Assembly (NCBI RefSeq): GCF_009914755.1
Contig: NC_060925.1
DNA: 64,000 nucleotides
From: the human T2T-CHM13v2.0 reference genome, Homo sapiens
Reading direction: 5' to 3' (one strand)
Numbering within the stretch: the stretch's first letter is position 1; every line of letters starts with the position of its first letter. Below are positions 52,442 to 64,000 of the stretch, piece by piece. The notes beneath the pieces are model-generated. The model searched no databases and was not told the DNA's origin. It saw only the letters and a program-made list of their open reading frames with translations. A program made the translations under genes and the position numbers.

Positions 52442-52740
52442 GCTAGACATAGTGGCTCATGCCTGTAATCTCAACAATTTGGGAGGCCGAAGCGAGTGGA
52501 CCACTTGAGGCCAGGGATTCGAGGCCAGCCTGGCCAACATGGTGAAACCCCGTCTCTACTAAAAATAATTTTTTAAAAATTAGCTGAGCGTGGTGGCTCA
52601 CGCCTGTAATCCCAACTATTCAAGAGGCTGAGAATCACTTGAACCCAGGAGGCTGAGGTTTCAGTGAGCCAAGATCACACCACTGTACTCCAGCCTAGGC
52701 AACAGAGTGAGATTCTGTCTCAATAAATAAATAAATAAAT
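52442..52740 (+). mobile_element. AluS with (TAAA)n tail
   Basis: Dimer; TSD ataaatttatttt at 52429-52441 and 52735-52747. Confidence 0.92.
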
Positions 52741-52983
52741 TTATTTTTTCTTGGCTCCTAACAGGAAAAACTCACAAATTTATATATAAAGTATATGTTT
52801 ATACAGAATATAATATTTTTATTTTTAATATTTTGAGCAAATTTGAGAAAATTGATATTGGATATATAAACTGTATATATTTCTATGTTTATAAATTCTA
52901 AACCCTCCAAAAGTGAGGAGATTATTACCATTAAGTCAGGAAAGCAGTTATTGCCAGTGGAGATGAGGGTTTGCGATCAGGAT

Positions 52984-53410
52984 TGTATTAGTTTCTTCTC
53001 ACATTACTATAAAGAAACACCTGAGACTGGGTAATTTATAAAGAAAAGAGGTTTAATTGGCTCACAGTTCTGCAGGCTGTACAGGAAGCATGATGCTGGC
53101 ATCTGCTTGTCTTCTGGGGAGGTCTCAGGAAAATTACAATCATGGCGGATGGCAAAGGGGAGCCAGTACTTTACATGGCCACAGCAAGAGGAAGAGAGCG
53201 AGAAGGGACAGGTGCTACATACTTCTAAACAATCAGATCTAGTGAGAACTCACTCACTATAATGATGACAGTACCAAGGGGGATGGTGCTAAAACATTCA
53301 TGATAAATCTATTCCCATGATCCAATCACCTCCCACTAGGCCCCACCTACAACACTGGGGATTACAATTCGACATGAGATTTGGTGGGTACACAGATCCG
53401 AACCATATCA
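52984..53410 (-). mobile_element. MSTA-like MaLR solo LTR inside an old L1M 3' fragment (~52890-53560)
   Basis: tgtattag...cctgagactgggtaatttataaagaaaagaggtttaattggctcac...aaccatatca. Confidence 0.92.
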
Positions 53411-54017
53411 GGGGTGTTCTTCTTGGTGTCTTAGTAATGATCTATTCCTTGACCTGAAGGGTGGTTATGGGGAATTTGATTTATTGTTATTGATTAAATT
53501 TAATGTTTATGTTTTATGTACACTTTTATGCATGTTTTACATTTCACAATTTAAAACTTTCAAATGATAAAGAGAAACTTAGAAGGTTCTATGAGAACAT
53601 GTAACCATGGCACCTGGCTTGGTCTGGGGAGCCAGGGATGGCTTCCTGAAGGAAGGGGCATCTCAGCTGAGATCTTAGATAAAAATGAGTTTGGCAGAGG
53701 GAGGAAGATGTGGCGAAATGGCCTGGAGGGGAGAGGAAGAAGGAAAAAGGGGAAGAACATAGAGCAGACCCTAGGGAGTGTGGGGAACTCAGAAAACAGC
53801 TCAAGTGTGGCTTGAGCCCAGGGTGTGAGAGGGGGCAAAGCTAGAGAGAGAAACAGGGACTGGATCATATAGAGCCTCGTTAAGAACTTTTGCCTGTGTC
53901 CTAAGATCAATGGGAAGTGCTTGAAGGTTTTAAGCAGGGGAGTGACATGATCAGATGTACATATTGCTGAGACCATCAATGGAAGTGTAGAGAACAGATT
54001 GGAAAAAAGCAACAGGC

Positions 54018-54132
54018 CCCTTTCCACCATGTGAGGATGCAATGAGGAGGTGCCATCTATACAGAAGGCAAGCTCTCACCCAAACATGAATCTGCTGGTG
54101 CTTTGATCTTGAACTTCCCAATCTCTAGAACT
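54018..54132 (+). mobile_element. MaLR LTR internal segment (MLT1A0/MST-like) fused to the TMEM123 retrocopy
   Basis: ccctttccaccatgtgagga...gaatctgctggtgctttgatcttgaacttccca-tctctagaact matches the MLT1A-type R region and stops at AGAACT, where the consensus continues GTGAG. Confidence 0.85.
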
Positions 54133-54468
54133 AGAATATCCAACATGTGCTTTCCAGCCATATAAGTGAACCTTCCCATAGCACTGTGGAATTATCACAA
54201 ACTTTAGTTTCCTCAGTCTTAAGCAATATGACAGTCATCACCATGAAAACCACAGCATTGTCAAAAATGGCAACATCAGGGGTCTCAACAGATACGACTT
54301 CCACCACTTTAAATTCTATAACTAAAATGACAAATGTTCACAAAACACATCCCAGATGTCAACATCCACGATGACCAAAGCTCTCAATAGTTCAGTGACA
54401 TCTGTTTCTTCATCAATAACAGTCATGGCAACTATTTATTTTAAAGAAAATAAAGGATCACAATTTGG
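54133..54468 (+). pseudogene. TMEM123: Processed pseudogene fragment of TMEM123 (porimin), Ser/Thr-rich ectodomain
   Basis: Translates IQHVLSSHISEPSHSTVELSQTLVSSVLSNMTVITMKTTALSKMATSGVSTDTTSTTLNSITKMTNV, then after a 1-nt frameshift near 54337 SQNTSQMSTSTMTKALNSSVTSVSSSITVMATIYFKENKGSQF. This is colinear with recalled human porimin LQHVPSDHTNETSNSTV...TTMKPTAAS...TSTTLKS...SQNTSQISTSTMTVTHNSSVTS...KKGSKF. No signal peptide or TM segment; stops just before the TM domain. Confidence 0.88.
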
Positions 54469-56149
54469 GGAAAAAAATAACAGGCAAGAGAAGATGTGGG
54501 GAAAATAGGTACTTGTTTTAATAGTAGAAGAGAAAGACGAAGACAGTTTAAGGTGCTAGCAGGTTAGAAATGGAGAGGAATGTCCTGATGTAAGAGATAT
54601 TAAGGAGGTAAAGTCAACAGAACTTGGCGATGGATGTGTTACATGTCTCCCCTCAATGAATGTTTCAGGAGCTCAGAGGCCTTCGTCACTGCTGGATATT
54701 CAGCACCTAGGACAGTTCCTGAAGCCTGGTTGCCTCTTACTTGAGGGCTCTACAATGTGTTCTTGTTTCTGTACTTCAGAATATGTCATGGAAATGAAAG
54801 TGGAATGATGGGAGGAAGCATTAGAGGTGCCAAGTACATAAAAACTGCAATGAGAAAAAAGAACTTAGAGTGTTTAGGAGCCACCCTGAGGTTTCCAGCA
54901 CGTCTTTCATAGAATGGACAAATAAATGGGGCAGAAAATTGATTACTTAAATGATAGTAAATATGATAACAGAAAAACATATAAAGTTATTAGTGCTATT
55001 GGGTGTGCTAAAGTACCAGTCCTCAAGAACATCTCAAAGATTACACAGATAAGTAATAAAAGGCCATACCAACACCCATCAACTAATCATCTGTTACTCA
55101 GATGATACAGGCATCTACCCTATGTTACATTCAGCAGTGCTATAGAAGACCAGGAAATGATGAGCAGCAATATATTTGGTGGGATCTTTGGAGATGTAGG
55201 AGGAAGTCCAGGTTGCTGCTGATTAATAAGTTTTAAGTTAAAAAGTGTGATTGTATAGATTTTCTGCAGTTTAGGCCTGAACCTTAATATGAAAGTAAAG
55301 TTGCATCTCAGATATCCCTCCTCAAACTCCTAAGGTGCCTGTAGTCAAATAAGAGTCTGAGGGTGTTGTTCAGTGAGTTTTCACTAGGAACAAAACTACC
55401 CTCCTTGTCTGTGGTCAGAGAAAGTACCTCTGCAAAGCAGAATATACTCTGTGACTAAGAAAACATCTTTTTCATTGGTTGTAGGTCAGCAAATGCCTAG
55501 GCAAGATCTGCATTTGAAGTTTAGACTTTTAAAGACCAAATCCAGGCCAATAATATAAAATATAAAAGAAAAATTGAAAGACAAAATGTGATCACAAATT
55601 ATTGCAAAGACTGAGTACTTTTAAAATATTATTTTTTCAAAAAATTTATTTGATAGCATGTTATGAAATCCTTCAAAGTAATGGCTGTTTTTCAGTGAAG
55701 TAAATATGATATACAAATAGCTCTTGATTATAGGTAAATCAACAAAGAGGTGGAAGTGGGCAGGGCTGGGGAAATCAGCTTGAATGAGCCCCAATGTGGC
55801 ATGTAAGGAGTGACAGCCAAGCAGAAACAAGGGCTTGAAGAAGCCATGGCTCAACACTGGACTGAAATGAAGACCCTTTCTCCCTGCCTACTCCTTGATG
55901 ACTCCAGAGAAAGAGGCCAGGCTCTCACAAGGGGGCTGCCTAAGCAATGACAAGGGAACTCTCCTGACTCTACGACCTTGCTGGTTGACCTTGTTGTCTA
56001 CTTAACAGTGCATATGGAGTCAAAAAAATTGTGAATCTTTTTAGAAGGTACACATTGCCTAAAACTTTGGATCTATAAGATCTTTGTTTAAAACCCCAAA
56101 TTTCTCCATAGTAATTATCATGGACCCCAGTTTTCCCAATAGTAAGTAC

Positions 56150-57240
56150 GAATAATTGTCCAATAATGCTGAGAGGCCAAGTACCAAGTTAACATAGAAA
56201 AAGGACCAGGAGATTTGGTGAGATTAAGTTCACTGGAGACCTTGACAAGAGCAGTCTCTTTGGAGTAGTGAGGATGGAAGCCTGCTTGGGAGAAGAGAGA
56301 CTGGAAGTGAGAATTGGAAACAGTGATGTTTTCAGTAAGTTTTGCTGTAGATGGGAGCTGAGAAATAGGGTGGAAACTGGAAGGAGAGTAGAGTCAAGAG
56401 AGGCTTTCACTTTCTCAAGGTAGGAGATATCAGAACACATTTCTATGCTTACAGAAAAATAAAGCAGTAAGGGAGAAATTGAGGATTCAAGTGGTGATAA
56501 TTGCAGGAACAGAGGCTTAGGAAGCCTGAGATGGTGTGGTCCAGGGCACTTGGGGAGGGTTGGCCTTGGCAAGAAGCAGGGCCATGGCACCCATGAATAA
56601 AAAGGGAAGGCCAAGAGGATGGGCACAGGGACAACAAGAGGTATGGGGTAGTGGCAGGAAAATGAGGGACTGCCTGTCTATAAAATACAAGGCAAGGTCA
56701 TCATCTGAGAGGAGATTAAAAAGTGAGGGCAACTGTCTCTTGAGAAAGGAGAAATAAAATTGTGGAGGCAGGAAAGGTAACTTACTAGGAAAATATAGTG
56801 AGTTTGCCAGACTATTTCTAGTATTCATTTGGGAATTACGGTCATTATTGTTAAGTGACAACAGTCAGCACAACTATCTATTTTTCTCTGGCAATGTATA
56901 GTTGTTCAGACATAAGTGTGGATAGACCAGAAATTGGGTTTAACCAGGTTGGGGTTTTGCCAGATGAGTACAAGAAAAGAAGTCCAGAGAGGTTTCTGCA
57001 GGAGATCAGTGGTAACAGTGGATGGTGGACTCTAAGCCTCGTAAGGTGAGGCCAGGGTGAGGCTATGGATGGCTAAAAAGAGGCAAGGTCAGAGGCTGCA
57101 ATTATGTAATTGCTGGAGTTGGAATACTAGAGCCAGAAGGAAAAGACAAGCTGTCAGGAGGCCTGAAGTCAAGACTTTGGAGAAGGTACAATTAATGACA
57201 CTGTCAAGGTCAAGGATATGGTCAGGGAGTGGGTGAGCCC
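56150..57240 (-). mobile_element. Long L2 fragment
   Basis: ttcactggagaccttgacaagagcagt; caaggtcatcatctgaga; similar to the 28100-28630 L2 segment. Confidence 0.8.
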
Positions 57241-57639
57241 TCTGATGCCAACATTAAAATTTGAGGGTCCTAACGCCTGCTCTTCTGATCCTGTGTACCA
57301 TCTGTCCTTACATGTGACGAGAGAGATGGTTTCCTAGCAGGCATGATTTAAGGAACTCTGCTGAAGCCTCATCACCCAAATTCTCGCTGCAGAGGCCTAT
57401 AACTTGTTTCTAACATTCTGCCATTAAAGCTTCCTTTGGTTCTTGCCTTCTGCTTTCCATAAGTGCTACCACCTAACCTATTAATTCATTATCAATCATT
57501 TATACATAGGTGTGATTTAGTGGCTCAGGGCCTTTCAAGTAGGACAGCAACTGGCTGCAATCAGATTTTAATAGGCTATAGGGCATGGCCTTTGAGGAAG
57601 CAACTGAATATGGGATCCTATACAGGGTAAAGGAGGTAG

Positions 57640-57835
57640 GGAAATCAATATTTGTTGAGCATCTACTATGTGTTATGCTCTTTCCAGGAGCTTTGCATAA
57701 GTGATATTGGAGATTCCATTGTTTCCTCCTACTTAAGGAACAGAAGAGGTAAGAGAGAAATGCTTGTTATTTACCCAAGCTCCCGAGCTAATGAGTGATG
57801 AAGCCGGGGTCTGAAGTCAGAACTGCAGAGCCTGG
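57640..57835 (-). mobile_element. MIR
   Basis: atatttgttgagcatctactatgtg...gagctaatgagtgatgaagccgggg. Confidence 0.7.
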
Positions 57836-58296
57836 GAGAGGTGTTTGGATCAGAGGGAGAGGCATTCAAAAGGAGAACTGCAAGGGCCTGAGACACATCT
57901 TGGTGAAACTCACAACCCTAGTGTTCCAGTTCCTTTCCTGAGGCCCTCATATCCTATGTGTGGCTATTTTTTATTCTCCTTAGCAGGTTGTTCCTTGACG
58001 AGTTTTTTCCTTCCTTCCATTTTTTTTAAACAATAATTTAAATTTTTATTAGGTGCTCAGCCACAGTATAAATGCCCCCATTTGAATTGCTGACACGCAA
58101 ATCAATAGGGAAGCATTTTCCTGGAGTGGAGCCCCTGGCATGGGAGCCTCCCAGCCTCATCCTCTTTCCAGAAGAGAAGGGATTTAATAAGCAGAATGGA
58201 CAATTTTCTTAAATAAGCCACAGTTAGAGCAAACAGAATGAGCATTCAAGTTTCTGGTGTAAGGCCTCTCTCTCTCTCTCTCTCTCTGTCCCCCTT

Positions 58297-58443
58297 TCAA
58301 GACAGGGTCTTGCTCTGTCTCCACGCCAGAGTGCAGTGGTGAGATCATAACTCACTGCAACGTCGAACTTCTGGCCTCTAACGATCCCCTACCTCAACCT
58401 CCCAAAACACTGGGATTACAGGCATAAGCCACCATGCCTAGTC
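58297..58443 (-). mobile_element. Free Alu monomer (FRAM/FAM-like), adjoining (CT)n at 58266-58288
   Basis: Single arm from gacagggtcttgctctg directly to gggattacaggcataagccacc. Confidence 0.8.
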
Positions 58444-58959
58444 TCTTCCTTCCTCCCTCCCTCCCTTCCTTTTCTTTCATTCATTTATTTCTGTATCTCT
58501 CATTCTCACTAAACAATCTTGCCTTTAATCTCTATATTACCAATTTGAGTGGTGTCATTTTTATGAAACTATCTAGAATGAATGAATCAGCATGGGTGGC
58601 TGGGAACTGGCCTTAGGTTGTTAAAACAAGAAGAGCACAGCATCCCCTGGAATTCTACTGAAGATGGGGAATCTGGCAGCTATGTGGGTCCCATCTGCTC
58701 ACCCCAAGTCCCTCCATCACTCTCGGACTTGGAGATCTTGCATAAAAAGTGTGACTAATATAAAAGAGCATCTCAATCGTCAATAAAATTTAGTTAAGCT
58801 GCTCCTGTAATTCTCTGATGAAAGAGGCAACAAGCTTGCATCCTACAACATAGCTTAAGATCTCATGCCTAAGGTACTCTGAGCAGCTGGTAATTCTCCC
58901 CATGAGTATCCTGAAAGGAAGACCAAATTCCAGTCTCCTTTTTCAGTATCATCTCTCAC

Positions 58960-59400
58960 CATTCTCACTACCGCCTGCATGAAGGCCCAATGCTTCTCTG
59001 TTCCAGCCACATCACGTTTCTCGGTTACCTTCCAATATGCCTTTTCTAGGACCCCGAGCCTTTGCATATGCTGTTCTTTCTACCGGGAGTGCCCCTTCTG
59101 GGTTGGCAAAGCCCTACGCACACTTAACCTGCAACCCACCTGCCATCTCCTTTGTGGAACTTAATAAGATACCCTGAGCAGAATGAGTCACCCTTCCCTT
59201 GACTCCACTCCTACCTGACACAGCTGGTTCCTAGACATTAGCACAATGCTAGGAAGTTATCTTTGTGACTCCCCCTCTACTCCAACCAGATTGGGAGATC
59301 CTCAAAGACAGGGAACCATCTGTCACTCAACTTCACATCCAGTCTTTAATGAAATGACTGGCAGAGAGTAGATCTTTAATAACAGCTTGTTGAAATAGAG
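58960..59400 (+). mobile_element. L2 3' region
   Basis: gcctttgcatatgctgttc...ccagattgggagatcctcaaagacaggga...ttgttgaa. Confidence 0.75.
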
Positions 59401-59419
59401 AACACTGGATGAAAACCCA

Positions 59420-59700
59420 TTTGTTCATTCACTCAACCAATATTTACTGAATGCCAACAGAATTCCAGGCTGGGAATGTAAGTGTGAATAAGACAGAGAA
59501 TGTCTTTATTCTCACCAGGTTTATATTCTATTGGGAGGGAACGGACAATAAGGAAGAAATAACATACATATATACTATGTTGGCTGGTGATAAATGTGAT
59601 AAACAAAAATAAAGTGGGAGAGTGGTGACAAGGAGAGCTATTTTAGATAAGAGTACTATGGTGGGCTTCTCTGTGGAGCTAACATTTGAGGCTACTGACC
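59420..59700 (-). mobile_element. L2 3' end
   Basis: ttcattcactcaaccaatatttactgaatgcc. Confidence 0.8.
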
Positions 59701-60104
59701 TGCTGCACACACAGGCTTTGTCTTCTGTGGTTAGTGGAGGAATGAGGTAGAAGCTGCTTCCTTTGCAGTGGACATGCTGGGTGACTCAGGTTCCCAAGAT
59801 GTCTGTCCGGGGGCAGAAAGCCAAGGCTATTTGACTTAAAGGAAGCTTGGCCTCTATAGCATTCAGCACTAAGCTACTAAGGAAGCTACCTCAGAACATA
59901 TTGTAGTAATAAGAGGACCTGAGAGGCCTGGTGCCAAAGTCTCTAAATGACACCCCAGGCCCTGCCCAGTATCCACAGAGATACTGCAGAGCCCATGAAG
60001 CTGGTTCTGTCTTCTGGCCATTGGAACAGTGGGTCTTCTTGACCTTCGTGATTTCAATCACCAGCCCAATTACAGGACAACAAAAGGAACCATAAATGGT
60101 TCAA

Positions 60105-60560
60105 CTGAAAAGTGCGAGTTAGTATGGTTGCGATCTCAATTCTGTCACTGTTGCCCTGTGCTATCTTGGGCAAGTCACTGAAACTCTATAGTAATTCTAC
60201 CATCTATAAATTGGCAGTAATCAATAGCAATTATTTTGCTTACCTTCACCAATGGTTGTGCAGATCAAATATAGTATATAACTATGAAAAGTATAAAGCA
60301 CAAACAAAATGCAGGAAATTATTCTTTCTACTGGGGGAATAAACATTTTCAGAGTACCTATTAAGTGCCCGGAGTCCTATATATGTTGCCTTATTCAATT
60401 TTCACAAAATTATGGACAGTAATTATTATTCCCATGTTAAAGACTAGAAAATGAAGGCTCAGAGAGGCTCAATGATTTCATTAAGGAGGCACGGCGGGCA
60501 GAGCCAAGATTCTGGTTCAAGTTCACTGTTCCCAGATCTCACGCTTACCCTGCATCCTGC
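60105..60560. mobile_element. Two MIRs tail-to-tail (+ 60105-60320, - 60340-60560)
   Basis: tcttgggcaagtcact; gaaaatgaaggctcagagagg. Confidence 0.7.
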
Positions 60561-61529
60561 TGCCTGTGGGTAGTTGTTCCAAGACTGGCATGGGTTCTCA
60601 GCTCTGAATCACCTTACCCAGAGCTGTGATGTGCCTCCCCACCAACTGTTTCCGCTCAGCATCTGATGCAAAAGCTAAACCCTAGCTTCTAACCCAGCCT
60701 GCACTGGGGTTCTCAGGCCTGCCCAGACCCCAGTGCATCTCCTCTGGTAGGAATCTGCCTCTTGGCATGGTTTGCTGCTGTGTCTGGCATGTTGTGGGTG
60801 GCTATAAAGTGCTGAACATTCCACCTGCTTCTTCTGCTGACACCCTGCTGTCATCTCCATCTCTGACTCCAGAGCAGGAATGTGCCTGGGCTGCCCCTGC
60901 ATTGCCCCATATCCCCACCAGCACTCCCTGCCTCCCCTTGAATCTTCTGGAGGCTCTGGCTACCATTAGGGTTCAATTTATGGCCTCACAGCTCAACAAG
61001 AAACCTCCACAGGAATAAATTGGGCTTGGCTGTATCTGCCTTCCATATTCCTGCCCAGCTGGACCATCATTTCAGAATCCATTTTAGAAATTTCATTTTT
61101 TGTGATGGCAGATCAGAGTTAAAAGAAGTGGCCCACAAGTGGATGAGTAGTTACAGCTTTGGCCCAGATAATCCCCAAAGTGAATAAGCCACAAAGTGAA
61201 TGAGGCTTTTGTGGATAGATGAGAATTGACACTACCTTGTGAGACTGGATGAAGGAAAACCCATTTAAGAAAACTCACTTGCTTTGGACCTGGATTCTTT
61301 TCTCATCTTGAGAGAGTTAGATGGGGCTTTGTTTAAAAACCAGAATGACTCCCCAAGGAAGGGGGTAGGACTGGCAGAACCAAGCTCCAGAGAGAAATAG
61401 TGACTGCTCTGGTCTTACTTTGAACCTGACCTTTGTGGTTCAAACCAAGCTTATAAGGACTGTCATTCTCCAGCTCCTTGTGTCATTCTCTGGCAGTGGG
61501 GAACCTGGAAGGTTTCTGAGTGATGCTCA

Positions 61530-61770
61530 GAGACAGCATAGTCATTAGGTACACAGAATCCCTGGGTTCAAATTCTGGCTCTGCCATTTGTCACGTGTCT
61601 TCAGGCAGGTTTTGTAAACTTTGTGTCTTGGTTTCCTCACCTGTGAAAAGGGGTTAATAACAGCACCTCATTCCAAAAGGGATTGTTGAGATCAGTTAGT
61701 TTCTATACATGAAGTACTTAGATCATTGCCTGAAAATAGTTTTTGTCATGTAGATGTTAGCGATTATTTT
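61530..61770 (+). mobile_element. MIR
   Basis: cctgggttcaaattctggctctgcca...gtttcctcacctgtgaaa. Confidence 0.85.
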
Positions 61771-63104
61771 GCTACTGAAAATAGAGGTGGAGCTATTTTG
61801 GGACCCAGTTGGTGATTTCTAAATCCAGGAGATCCTAAACATCCCCAAATCAGATCTCAGGTAACCATTTGCCACAGTGCCTCCTTCATCACTGGCAGGC
61901 CTTGGTCAGGCCAGTTGCTGAGCCTGGCTCTGGAGTGAGATGCAAAACGTTAGAAGTAAAAATGCTATTTTCCCTCTCGCAGGCTTTTGCCACTGGCAAA
62001 TAATCTCTTTAGCAATATTTGACCTTAAGAACTTAAAATGAAAAGGTCAAAACATTTCAAGGAGTGGGAACCGGGTCCCTTCCCAGATTTCCCACTGTCA
62101 CAGAGTTAGTGAATGTCAGTTGTGGTTGCCAGAGGCCCACAGGACCCCCCTCCCATAAGAAATAGTGAAAGCAGTGGAACAGGGTGAGTGCAGAGAGAGA
62201 GACAGGTCTCTGCACTTCTCACTGTCTCCTGGGCCTTCAGCCACAAAGAAGGATGCTGCTTGGGAGGGCTCTGTTGGGTCAGAGTGAAGACACGGCCGGA
62301 GAAGTCACCCCAGGCCCTCTTGGGGGCTTTCATCCCTTTCCCTCCCAGTCTCCAAGAATGGCTGCCTGAGTTTCTCATTCTCACTAAATTAAGCTGACAA
62401 AACACAAACGAAAAAAAGGGGTAGGGGTAGAGGGGAGGGCATGGCACACTCTTGCTTTGCATTTTAATAACTCAGGCACAGTGCCTCAGACCATTTTTAA
62501 TGAGAGATTGACTGATAGTGGTCTCCTCCCCACACCCTACTCGGAACAGATCAGGGTCTGGATCAACAGCATGCTTTCCTCCCCTCCAGAACATCTCACC
62601 TGGCCCCGCTCCTGGTTGGAGGGTGGCCCACAATGAAACTTAAGCCCTTGGCATGATTTGCTGGCCTCTCGAGGGTCCAGTCTGGAAGGGCATCCCTAGT
62701 CACCCAAGACACACTTCCCAGGGAAACCATGCCCTGGTGAGCTACACTCCTGCTTCTTGCCTTGTGAGGGAGTCAGTTATGAGGACATAGCCAGGCCCCA
62801 CCAAGGGCAACTTCATGGAGATAAGAGCTATCTTATTTGGTCAGCCAACCTTCCCTTGAGCTCAGAGGCCTTGCAGCCAGGGATTGCTGGTGACAGTATG
62901 AGAAGGGAACAGGGCTCAAGGCCACTGCCTGTCTCAAGAATGCAATGTCTTGTTCCTGCAGCCAGCCTCAGGCCAAATAGGGCCTCCCCACTCCATGGGG
63001 AGAATGTATGTCAACATATATTGACATAGATGAGGGCAACCTTGTGCCCCTGATCTCCAGCCTCAAAATACACCCTTCCTGCCTGAAATTCCCAAAAAAT
63101 GAGT

Positions 63105-63330
63105 TCTCTATTAATTGCAGAATCTGTATGTGCTAAGGGCTGTTGTAAGTCTTTTTGTAGAAAATGACATCTCATTTAAAAGACATGGCTATTCTGAGAG
63201 GTAGGAGCTATTTACCCCATTTGATGGGTGAGGAAACTGAGGATCAGAGAAGTCAATGGATTTCCCCACGTCTCCACAGCTAGTAAGTGGCAGAGCCAAG
63301 ATTCAAACTCTTGTTGGGCAGAGTTTCATC
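63105..63330 (-). mobile_element. MIR
   Basis: ccccattt...gaggaaactgagg...cacagctagtaagtggcagagccaagattcaaac. Confidence 0.85.
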
Positions 63331-64000
63331 GACTGTTTCTGCCTGGCCAGCATGGGCAGCAGGGGATGCAAGGTCAGCGGAGACACTTAGAGGGTGGAGC
63401 TGGTCAGGTGGGCTTTGCAGTCACATCCCATCTGGAGCTCTGAGGAGCAGGAACCTGGCAGCTTCCAAGGTAGATGAAAAGCTGACCTGCCTCAAATTGT
63501 TTTATTTAAAGCCAGGCTTCTGACTGTTTGAAGCCGCTTGGTTTTGGCAGTGCTTTTCCCTTTTTCTCTTTTTTCTTCCTGTTTTTAAACAGCCCTCGCA
63601 GAAAAGGGGAGTGCATCATTGCTGGGCGCCTCACTTGCAGATGCTCAAAAGACCTCTGTCCCTCCCACCCCATGGCTGGCTCCAGAGCAAGGCAGCTGGG
63701 CTGCGTGTGAGCGAGTGGGCACACGTGCTCACAGACAGCTCTCATTTGCAGAAAGACAGGAAGCCCTGTATTGATCTGCACCTGAAGTGTAGATACAGAT
63801 GAAGTATTTTGCTTTTATAGTGAGTTTCACCAGCATTAAACTTCATTTATATCTCTATAAATATATACGGCTTTGAATGGGAGGCTTTACAGCTTGCCTT
63901 ATAAGTTCCATCTCTCTGTGGCACAGACTGGGTCACCGTGAGGAGACAGTCCCTTTATAGGTGGCTCTGGCCTCTGCCCTTTTCAACACAGCCATTTGCA

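Larger units (their letters stand above)
54001..54485. repeat. 17-bp target-site duplication flanking the LTR+TMEM123 insert
   Basis: ggaaaaaagcaacaggc (54001-54017) vs ggaaaaaaataacaggc (54469-54485), 15/17 identical; the L2 sequence is continuous across it. Confidence 0.8.
53560..54635 (-). mobile_element. L2 host element split by the retrocopy
   Basis: aagggttttaagcaggggagtgacatgatcagat-like before 54000; aggaggtaaagtcaacagaacttgg after 54486. Confidence 0.8.

Noticed and set aside
54147-54374. 75-aa Ser/Thr-rich ORF as a functional gene
   Set aside because: It is part of the TMEM123 pseudogene: frameshifted, with no signal peptide or TM segment
59280-59540. Opposed L2 ends as a possible miR-28-type hairpin
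   Set aside because: The arms are too diverged and not juxtaposed in the geometry of known L2-derived miRNAs

Overview
Primate (human-like) non-coding genomic DNA, intronic or intergenic. It is CpG-depleted with no CpG island and no supportable intact protein-coding gene. Most of the window is a mosaic of old interspersed repeats: many L2 and MIR fragments, an L3/CR1, a MamSINE1, L1M/L1PB 3' ends, MaLR and ERVL solo LTRs (MLT1A/B/F, MSTA/B, LTR16), hAT MITEs (MER53, MER81, MER5, Charlie-like), five Alu dimers plus one Alu monomer, and microsatellites. The most notable element is a ~450-bp insertion at 54018-54468, bounded by a 17-bp target-site duplication inside an L2. It fuses a MaLR LTR segment that ends exactly at the LTR splice donor to a decayed TMEM123 (porimin) mucin-domain segment. 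It looks like a tailless retrocopy of an LTR-initiated, spliced TMEM123 isoform. Other points are two local non-TE duplications, an L3 whose halves face opposite ways, several candidate lncRNA exons, motif-dense unique islands and G-quadruplex motifs. Repeat families were assigned by eye from recalled consensus sequences, so subfamily labels and old-repeat boundaries are approximate. I cannot place the locus on a chromosome.
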